NCBI GenBank assembly: GCA_000743035.1
Contig: CP008938.1
Coordinates: forward strand, 39,043-71,042
Source of the DNA: Candidatus Paracaedimonas acanthamoebae
Lineage (GTDB): Bacteria > Pseudomonadota > Alphaproteobacteria > Caedimonadales > Caedimonadaceae
Direction: 5' to 3'
Length of the DNA: 32,000 bases
The notes under the pieces were generated by a model that ran no database searches, had not been told where the DNA came from, and worked only from the letters and a program-made list of their open reading frames with translations. Of this stretch, positions 1 to 8,900 are shown one piece after another. The stretch's first letter is position 1, and every line of letters begins with the position of its first letter. Position numbers and translations under genes: made by a program.

Positions 1-1
1 T

Positions 2-1606
2 ATTATCCCTCAAGCAAAAATTCTTGAGATGGCAAGAACAGAAACCCACCATTTAATGACGACCTACTTTCACCCTTATAATGGCAATATTGTTATGCCC
101 ACTATTCAATTTTTAAAGCACCCTTGGGTGGCCTATCATGCGTCCCTTATTCATAAGATCTTGATGTACACTTTTGGCAGCTGGATTTTGGGAATGAGCG
201 GAGTTGTTTATTTGTTTTACAAGAAGAGCCGTACCTTAGAGCAAAAACAAATTCTCAAAGGAAATAGAATGATCTCAGCTCGTGAGGCCAAGGTGAGCTT
301 AAAAGTAAAAAGTTCAGATCTCTCTCTGGCAGGGTGTCCGTTGCCTAAAGGATCTGAGACAGAGCATTTTCTTCTTACAGGAACCACAGGAGTTGGAAAA
401 ACCAATTGTCTTCATGAACTGCTCCCTCAAATCAGGAAAAAAAACAATAAAGCCATTATTGTTGATTTAAGAGGGAACTTAACACCCATTTATTATCGCC
501 CTGGACAAGATATTCTGCTCAACCCTTTTGATAAAAGATCTGAGAATTGGCATGTCTGGGCTGAATGCCGTCATGCTTATGAATTTGATGAAATGGCTGA
601 AATTCTTCTGCCTTCATCCTCACATAGTGGGGAGCAAGAATGGTGGAATAAAGCCGGAAGAGCCATGTTTTCTGTGGGAGCTAAGAAGCTTTATGATGAA
701 GGAAGATTTAGTATACAAGCTTTAAAAGATTACCTTATTGCTCTCCCTCTTAAAGATATCCTGCCCTTTTTTGAAGGAACTGATATTGCTTCTTTTGCGG
801 AGAAAGATGCTTCAAAAACCACGGCTTCTATCAGAAGTGTTCTCACGCCTCTCATGCGCAAGATTGCTTATCTTCCTGACCAAGCACAAGCTTTTTCAAT
901 CCGCGATTGGGTCGCGCGTGAGGATGATAAATCCTGGCTCTTTCTCACAGCAGGTCCTAACCAAAAAAGAGCTTTACTTCCTTTGCTGTCAGCGTGGATA
1001 GGGTGGGCCATGAACTCTTTAAAGACACTTCCTGAAGTCCATCATCCACGTCTTTGGTTTATTTGTGATGAGCTTCCTCAATTACAATATCTGCCCACTC
1101 TTGAAGAAGGCCTTTCAGAAATTAGAGGATTTGGGGGCTGCTTTGTGGCAGGTATTCAAGATATCCATCAATTAAAAAAGGTTTATGGCCCTCAAGAAGC
1201 TCATACGCTCTTAAGCCTCTTTAATACTAAGGTTATCTTTAATTGTGGCAATATAGAAACAGCTTCTTATATGGCTTCTTTTTTTGGCGAGCATGAAGTC
1301 AAAGAACATTCTGAAGGGCTTTCTTTTGGAGCTAATAGTGTCAGAGATGGAGTTAACTTAAGCCAACATAAAAAGACAGAAGCTCTTGTTAAGCCTCATG
1401 ATCTATTGATGCTTCCAAAGCTTCAAGCTTATCTTAAAAGACCTGGGGGGCATTCATCTGTTCACTTATACTTTAATTACAATAAGGCTCTTGCCACTCA
1501 ACCTCGGTTTATTCCTGCCGAAAATTATGCTGATCCCATTGATGAAGAAAGTCAGGAAAATTCATCCTCGGTTTATTCTGAGGAAAAAGAAAAAGTTTTT
1601 GCTTAA
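2..1606 (+). CDS. traD: Type IV coupling protein (TraD/TraG-family T4CP), probably 5'-truncated by the window edge
   Basis: The frame is open from nt 2, upstream of the listed ATG at 29. Hydrophobic segment FGSWILGMSGVVYLFY. Walker A GTTGVGKT. Walker B-like LWFICDELPQL. Acidic C-terminal tail DEESQENSSSVYSEEKE, as in F-type TraD. Confidence 0.88.
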   Translation: MIPQAKILEMARTETHHLMTTYFHPYNGNIVMPTIQFLKHPWVAYHASLIHKILMYTFGSWILGMSGVVYLFYKKSRTLEQKQILKGNRMISAREAKVSLKVKSSDLSLAGCPLPKGSETEHFLLTGTTGVGKTNCLHELLPQIRKKNNKAIIVDLRGNLTPIYYRPGQDILLNPFDKRSENWHVWAECRHAYEFDEMAEILLPSSSHSGEQEWWNKAGRAMFSVGAKKLYDEGRFSIQALKDYLIALPLKDILPFFEGTDIASFAEKDASKTTASIRSVLTPLMRKIAYLPDQAQAFSIRDWVAREDDKSWLFLTAGPNQKRALLPLLSAWIGWAMNSLKTLPEVHHPRLWFICDELPQLQYLPTLEEGLSEIRGFGGCFVAGIQDIHQLKKVYGPQEAHTLLSLFNTKVIFNCGNIETASYMASFFGEHEVKEHSEGLSFGANSVRDGVNLSQHKKTEALVKPHDLLMLPKLQAYLKRPGGHSSVHLYFNYNKALATQPRFIPAENYADPIDEESQENSSSVYSEEKEKVFA

Positions 1607-1656
1607 AAAGCTATCTCTTCCTAAAATGAGATTTAACGACGATCACAATGAATTTT

Positions 1657-1690
1657 AAGAGGGAGTTGATTCCCTCTTTTAAGTTTTTTT
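1657..1690 (+). terminator. Rho-independent terminator downstream of traD
   Basis: 8-bp stem aagaggga (1657-1664) / tccctctt (1671-1678), 6-nt loop, followed by ttaagttttttt. Confidence 0.7.
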
Positions 1691-1846
1691 TATAAAGACA
1701 ACTCTAATTCGTGCTCTTTTTCCAGTTCCAAAGTTTTAGTTATCTTCTGAGCGATTCCCTTAAAGTGTTGCTCTTCTCTTTGAGCGATAAATTTAATTGA
1801 AGAAGAATCAATGGTGTCTCCTTTTTCAAGGGCAAGTATTGTATAC
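1690..1846 (-). pseudogene. Remnant of the last 52 codons plus stop of a traA-like relaxase gene (diverged duplicate of 2977-3133)
   Basis: Ungapped 157-nt alignment with 2977-3133, 142/157 identical by hand count. The frame is preserved and reads YTILALEKGDTIDSSSIKFIAQREEQHFKGIAQKITKTLELEKEHELELSL*. Nothing upstream in that frame continues the gene. Confidence 0.85.
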
Positions 1847-1893
1847 TGGGTATCAGTCCCATTTTGGAATGAAAATGGTCGAATAAAATACAG

Positions 1894-1918
1894 TGACAGG
1901 GTTTTTATAACCCTGTCA
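1894..1918 (-). terminator. Hairpin terminator for the minus-strand gene ending at 1930
   Basis: Perfect 10-bp stem tgacagggtt (1894-1903) / aaccctgtca (1909-1918), 5-nt loop. It lies 12 nt past the stop on the minus strand and is followed there by ctgtattttatt. Confidence 0.7.
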
Positions 1919-1929
1919 TTATCTAAGAT

Positions 1930-2383
1930 CTAATTCGAGTAAAATCTAGAAAAAAAATTATTTATTGATGAAAGTTCCAAATTTTGAAAGCTCTGTAAAA
2001 AACTTATTACTTTTTTGTTATTTTTTTCATTTTTATCTTTAATATAGTAAAGATGAATTTTTCCTTTTTTGTTGAGACAAGTCATAGTTCTAAGAATATT
2101 TCCTTTAGAAAAATCGTTTTCTAACTGACTAAAATCGACGTGGTTGCACTGCGGAGATTTTGTCATTGAGTTTTCTCTTAAATGGCTAAAATGATAGCTA
2201 TACCATTGGATGCTTGCTTCTTGCCCGTAACTTGTGCATGGAAGATCTTTTTTAGTACATCCATTGCTACGAAATTTTGCTTCATTAAAAATAGGTAAAT
2301 CTTCTTGGGTTGAGAGGAATATCCCATCTATTCCTTCCCCTTTTGCAGATGCTTTAGTCGTGATTGTACAGCCAATAACTCTC
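1930..2383 (-). CDS. C-terminal half of the split nuclease-fold gene (-1 frame relative to 2328..2681). The listed ORF 1930..2166 is only its ATG-initiated tail.
   Basis: The frame is open from 2383 to 1930, but the first 73 codons contain no ATG/GTG/TTG. They encode GEGIDGIFLSTQEDLPIFNEAKF, a D...(D/E)xK-like motif (GIDG ... E-A-K). Confidence 0.5.
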
Positions 2384-2681
2384 TTAGCTTCGTTCCTGTT
2401 CCCTCGAAAAGAATTTGAGCAACAATCTCTCCTAATATCCCCTTAGCTTTGCTCATATTGTGATTGTTTATATTCTCCTTCTCCATAATCAATTTAATCC
2501 ATTGTTGAATCGTTGCTTCACCGGCCCCAATTATCTTTACACTATGAACATACAGTGGTTCGGCTACCCCATCATCTTCACATATATATTTTGCATGAGA
2601 GCCAAAACTGATAGGGTTAATTGATAAGGTAGTAATAAAAACCAAAAGTATTTTAAAAATCATCTTTTTGTAATAACTCAT
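2328..2681 (-). CDS. Signal-peptide protein, N-terminal half of a split PD-(D/E)xK (Mrr-cat-like) nuclease-fold gene
   Basis: GGGGGA RBS about 6 nt upstream of the ATG. N-terminus MSYYKKMIFKILLVFITTLSINPISFGSHA looks like a Sec signal. GILGEIVAQILFEG resembles the first helix (Glu) of restriction-endonuclease-like folds. It ends at a TAG at 2328-2330, just after an A4G4 run. Confidence 0.6.
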   Translation of the reverse strand: MSYYKKMIFKILLVFITTLSINPISFGSHAKYICEDDGVAEPLYVHSVKIIGAGEATIQQWIKLIMEKENINNHNMSKAKGILGEIVAQILFEGTGTKLRELLAVQSRLKHLQKGKE

Positions 2682-2976
2682 AATAGGTCCCCCAAATAAT
2701 GTTTCTTTAAGCTTAGTAACTCATTTCCTAAGCCACAGACAAGTTAGCAAGAATATGGGAAAGGTAGCTAGAATTAATTTCTAATTAACCAAAAACTTCT
2801 TACTCATCTTTGATATTATTGATTATGGGTTGCATATTATGTGATGCATATAAGATCTATAAACCCCCACTCCCTCTAGGAAATTTTCACGAATGTACCT
2901 TTATATAACGCATTTTGTGCTTTAAGGTCATATCCAGTACATGGGTTTATATTGCACCGACATGCCCACTAGGCTT

Positions 2977-5900
2977 TTATAAAGGCAACTCAACTTCGTG
3001 CTCTTTCTCAAGTTCCAAAGTTTTAGTTATCTTCAGGGCAATTCCCTTAAAATGTTGTTCTTCTTTTTGAGCGACAGATTTAATTGAAGAAGAATCAATG
3101 GTGTCGCCTTTTTCAAGGGCAAGCATTGTATACGCAAACCTCTTTGTGATCTCAAAGCTCTGAGGGTGAGCGAGAGCCTCTGGGTCGTCTTTTTTTAGAA
3201 TTTCGGTTGCTTGCAAAACCAAACTCAATTTTTTAGGATGAAGGTTTATACTCTCTTCTAAGTGTTGATAGTAGTTAGCTCCTATTCTTGCGGTTTGTTC
3301 TGAAGCTCCAGCTTCAAGAAACTTTGTATAGGTTTTTTCAATATTTTGATGACTTGCTGAGTAAACTCTTTGGGTATCCATATAAATCTCATAAGACTTA
3401 GGAGCTTTGCCATGTTTGAGGAGATGCTCTTGATAAAGTCTTCCTTCAATTTTTGAGAGTCTATCCGCATACGTAAAGAGTTCGTCTTGAGTCAATTGCT
3501 TGTTTTCAAGAGCATATTCTATATAGCGCTCTTGTCTTTCTTTCTCATGATAAACACGTTGAGTAAGGACCTTTTCTGAGAGCTCAGGATAAAAATGCTT
3601 AAGAACAATCATTCTGTTAAAAGTAGGATCATCTTCTTTTAAAAGACTTTGAGTTTTTTCTTGAGGGACTTCTTGGGTTGTTGGTGAGAGGATAGTCCTA
3701 TTAAGAACAATTTGTTCTTCAGTGAGTCGGGCTTGAGGGCGTCCTGAGAGGTGGGTTTCCTTTTGGGAGCGTCTTTCTTTGAATGAAGCAACCTCCTTAA
3801 GCACTTCTTGAACAACAGCAATCCCTTCTTCTTGAAGAATATCATTAAAATCCCGTCCCTTTTCCCCTTGTGGTCTAACAATAGAGGCTTTGAACCCCTC
3901 TTCTTGAAGTTTCTTTAGATTTTGCTCAGATGATTTCCAAGCCTGAGAGCCCACCTCATCTGCATCACAACATAAGATGACAGGCTGATCCTTGTCTTTA
4001 ATATGGCTTCCTACATAGCGCATATTAGAAAGGCCTAAAGTTACAAGAATCCTCCCTTGAATGCCAGCTTCTTTTAAAGAGAGGGCTGTCTCAATTCCTT
4101 CTGCAACATAAGTAGGACCTTCCCCTGCTTGAACCTCAACAGCCGTATTCTTAATGGATCCTAAAGAGCGCTTTTTAACTTCAATATCTGCTTTATTTGC
4201 TGTTTGGGGATCGAGATAGATCAGTTGGACCGCTGTCAGCTTCTCTTGAGGATCTCGTGAAAAGGAAGCTAAGACTGGATAAGAGGGGGCTTTGTCATAA
4301 TCTTTATACTCAGCAATAAACCTTAAATCTTCGGGCAGCTCTGCTGTTTTAATATGACGATGTTCTCTTAAGTATTTTTCTGCAAGCTTTCCTTGAATGG
4401 AGCGTGAAGTATCATAAAGCTTTTTTGTAGTAGCTTGTGACTTCTCAATTTTAGCCTTTTCTTCTATCTCAGCTTGGAGTTTAAGCTCATTCTGCTTTTG
4501 TGCTCTTTCTTCCCAATTGATGGATATCAATTGAGGGGCATTAATCTCTTCTCCTATCTGCTTAATGGCGTCTTTATAAGAAATTTTAAGTGATTTGCTC
4601 ACATAATTAAAGATGTCCCCACCTTCACCCGTTTTAAAGTTACTCCAGGTGCTTTGATCCCGATAGATGACAAATCCTCCTTTAGAGCCGTATCTTATTT
4701 CATGAGAGCGGTAAGTAGGCTTAGGATTCGTCACCCACAGGTCAATATGACGTGCAAATATCTCTTCAATGTGTGATTTTGTAAGGCTTGAGAGGATATC
4801 TTCTTTATCATAAAGAGGTGTTTTATAAGCTTTGGGGAGAGGGTGCCCTTTCTTTTCTGTGTATCTCTCAGCCTCACGCTCCTCTCGATAAGAAAGCTCT
4901 GCTTGACTCTTGCCAGGGATAAGCCTTCTCTCGTCCTGCTCAATAAGGTGCCCATCCAAGGTCAGTCCAGCTTTATCTAAAGCCTTTTGAATGCGCCCTT
5001 GTACCTTTTCATCTCCCAAGCTCAACTGGTCTTTTAAGAACAAAACAACAGCGTGATCTTTAAACTTCTCAGGATCTCTCTCATGAATCTTTTGAAGGCG
5101 ATAACTTGAGGACGCATACCGTAAAGCTTGATCTTTCACTTGTCTTAAAGAGGGGTCGAATACTTCTTGATTTTGAGAGACAAATCCCCCTTGGATTAGA
5201 TCAAAAGCAGCCTTATTCCTTTTGCCTGCGGCGATAGCAAGATGGGGAATTTCTTGATTTTCTGACTTAATAATATGATCAATTTCATTAAGCTTTTTCT
5301 CGAACAAATCATTTTGTCTCAAGGCAAGAGAGATAATCTCTTTTTGGACGCTCCCTTGCTCTGGGGTATTTAAATCCCATCCATAGGTTTGAGCCCCTTT
5401 TTCTATCCAAGTCTGAACTTTATGTTTAAGAGCCTCTTTGGCGGCATTTTGACCATCTCCTTCTTTCTCAAAGGATGTCCAATCTTGAGAGGTCAATTTT
5501 GCTTCTTTAAGAGCGTGAGTCGTTCTTTGAATCGTTCGCTCAACAAAAAAGTGTGGATTATATTTGGCATTCTTAGCATGAAGCTGAGCTTCAAGTGCAA
5601 GGACGTGTTCTTGATAGGCAACCTTTTCACCTGCCAATTTAAGGTCTGCTTGCTCAGAATATACTTGCCAGATATCGGAGAATCTTTGCTTGGCCTCATT
5701 ATATCCCTCTAATAGAAGAGAGACGTCGCCTTGTTTTTCGTGAGGTAAAGATAAGATCGTTCCATAATGATGAAGAGCCTCAACAGAAACTCTTTCTTGC
5801 TTGAGGGCTGTTAAGGTGTAAGTAAGGCGTTCATCTTGTTCTAAAGAAAGCCACCCTTGAATCTCTTGAGCAAGTGCTGGTTTTTCTTGAGGAGAGGCTT

Positions 5901-8900
5901 GCTTGAAGTGCCTGACCTGCTCTGTCATTTCTTGGGCATGAGCTTCTTTAAAGAGACGATCATATTCGTGGTGAGGCGTAAAGTGGTGAAGAGTGGAATA
6001 GGCCTTCATTAGAGAACGTGCTTTTTCAAGCTTATTTATTCTTAATGAACTCCAGGAACTCTGCTTGCCTTCTCTTGTGTAGATCTCCACATACCCGCTT
6101 CTTCCTTTTTGAAGTGAGGTATGTAACTGGTTCAGCTCAACTTGGTGTCCTTGGATTTCATTTTGCAGATCAGACCAATTTTGAACTCCATTTACGGTTA
6201 AACGAAGATGGTTATTTACATACACAAGGGTTTGCGGATTTGATGCCTTAGCTTTAAGAACCTTTATCGCTTCTTCTTCCAAAGTCGCTCTCTCAAGTCT
6301 GTTGGTGCTATCCAAAAGATTGAGCGCCTTAATTTGTTCCTCTTGCACACGGGCAACCTTTTGGGTGGCAGTCGTTTTAATAATCTCCCATTCTTTGGCC
6401 ACCTCTTGATGAAGGGAGCGATAGGTGGAGAGGTCTGTATACACTTGATCAAGCTCATCTAAAGTATGGATGGATACTTCTTTCCCTTGCTGTTGCACTT
6501 TAAGACATCCTTGCTCAAACTTGAGCTTTTGAAGATCAACTCCTTGCTCTTTGAGAAGGCCATAAAGGGGCTTATCAACACTCCCTTCTTCTTTAAAGAC
6601 AAAAGAGACCAACTTATCCGCCATCTGTACTCTTGCCTCTAAGGTGTCAGCTGTCTTATAGGCTTCAACAATACCTCTGACTTCTCCAAAAACTGCATGC
6701 TTTAAGAGCATCTCTTCTTTAAGCCCTAACTTCTCAATAAAGGGGGAGGCTTGGTCATAATTGGAGAGGAGATCATAAGCCAGCTTATCTCGGTGACCTG
6801 CAAACTCTTTCATCTTCTGCTGATGTGCTTCAACCATAGCAGGTGAGGCAGCAATCTTTTCAAGCTCAGGGAGCTGCTTATAGGCGGCCACACTCAGAAA
6901 ATGGAAAGATCTATAGTCTTGAACCTGTTTGTAAGCTGCACGTTCGTGGAACGTTAGCGTCGATTCATATCTTTCTGTACGTTTGAAAGCTATATGTTGC
7001 TCTGCTTGAGCCAGGACAGCTTTAAAGCTTTGAGGACGCTGCTCATACACACTGCCACTATAAGTGACATAAGATCCCCCCTGCTCTTTAACTTTAAAGA
7101 AAGGCTTATACATTTGAGGGAAACTGGCCATCTCATAAGCCAGCTCATTCCTTATCTCTTTGATTTTTATGTACTTCTCATACTCTGGATGAGCAGAAGA
7201 GAGAGAGCCTGGATGCGTTTGAGCTATCTCTTTCCAAAGATCTTTTGCTTGATCCGCTACTTTAAAATAGACCTCAACCTTCTCAAGGGCAGCTTCTTCA
7301 GCAGAACTTAACAACCGTTGCTTCAATCCTGCTTGAACTTCAAGGACCTCTCGTCTCACCCCTGTTTGCTGAAGAAAAGAAGAACATTGAGGCCAATCTT
7401 TAAGAATATCCTCTGCCTTTTGATTCCGCTCTTGAACAAGGCTGTTGTATTGCTCCCATTCTTTGGATAAAGAGACTTCTTTTCCGCCTTTCTCAGTTTG
7501 TAAAGTTATGGTTTCAATTTGTGTGCGGAGATTACCAGCTTCTTGAGAGATCTTCCAATACTGCTGCACAAGATTAAAGTAAGGCTTTTGATGGTCAGGA
7601 AGATCATAATCTGTACTTAAGCCCTTATAATCAGCACGTGCCACATGACTCACCATCCCTTTAAGATCACAGGCTATTCCTTTAGACACATAGCCCTTGA
7701 AGCTCTCCTTATGTCGGGTGAGCCAAATCAAAAGCTGATTAGCATTAAAAGAGCTGAACAACCCATAAGAATGATCAAAGGTAGCACCTTGAGATTTATT
7801 GATGGTCACTGCATAGCCATGAGTTAAGGCGTCATACCCCTTAGTATCAAACCCCACTAACCTTCCATCAGGAAGTCGGATCTCCACTGTTTGTCGCCGA
7901 AGATTAAAAGACTCGATTACCCCTAATGTGCCATTCTTAACGCCTTGCCTTTCACTCTTTCCCTTTTCTAAAGTTTTAACATGCCACCCTTTATGATCAT
8001 TGGAGAGGAACATGACACGATCGCCTACCGCAAATCTCCAGTCATGGGCTGATTTTCTAAAATGCTGATTTTGAGGACCACCTACATCTTGCTCTCCCTG
8101 AAAGATTCCTTGTCCTTTTTGACCAAAAACAAACTCTTGGCTACCAAGCTTACCTTGGCTGCTCAAAGCACCTCTTATCAGCTCATTGAGTGCGATAACA
8201 TCCTTATTCTTCTGCGCTATTGCCATATGAGTTTGATGAGGGTTCTGTTCAAGTCCCTCTAAGTAATCTGCCACAAGAGAGATTTTAGCCCCATAATCTG
8301 TTTCTCTATAATCAAAGTGACCTTTTTCATCATAAGGCTTTAATCCTTCTTCAATGCGATGCTCATTCAATAGCGCTGAAGCTTCTCGCATCCACTTCTC
8401 GCGTTGACGTACAACGCCTTGGATCTCATAAGCGCCTACCTTCTCTTCAACCAGTCTTGCCGCATCCAACCCATAAAGTGCTTTAATCTGCTTATTGTCT
8501 TGAACAATCCGAAGCTGAGCACCTGATCTATCGACTTCTTCTAAAAGGCTCTTCCATAAAGAGCCACTGACCATACTGCCCTCATCCAGAATAACCACAT
8601 GCTTAGGTGTAAATCGCCATTCTTCAAGACGGTTAATCTCGCCTTTAGCTTTGGCCAAAGCTTGGCCTTTAAGCTCTTTGTTTTCAATCAGTCTTTTTAA
8701 GCTATCTTGCTTGCTCCACCTCTTCTTCAGCTGATCAAGCGTATAGCCTTCAATCCCTAATTCATAAGACAGCTGATCAGCCACCTTTCCTTGAAAAGCA
8801 ACACCAATGACTGTCATCCCTGTTCTTTTATAAGCATCCACCACAGGCTTAAGCACAGTACTTTTTCCTGTTCCTGCTTTGCCTGTCAGCACAGAAATCG

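Noticed and set aside
217-1001. ORFs 217..405(-), 528..725(+) and 738..1001(+) inside the coupling-protein gene.
   Set aside because: They are alternative-frame or antisense ORFs within a gene that has Walker A/B motifs in the main frame. There is no independent support.
1894-1903. The 10-mer TGACAGGGTT is shared between the cassette terminator hairpin (1894-1903) and the res-like region (31940-31949). It was considered as a possible recombinase site linking the two loci.
   Set aside because: It is a single 10-nt match in 64 kb of two-strand sequence, so chance is plausible. The dyad orientation at 1894-1918 (TGACA...TGTCA) is opposite to the TGTCA...TGACA arrangement near the recombinase. 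The hairpin is well explained as a terminator.
2234-2446. Plus-strand 70-aa ORF with a GTG start.
   Set aside because: It is antisense to the split nuclease-fold gene and spans that gene's frame-change region. It has no RBS and its sequence is not protein-like.
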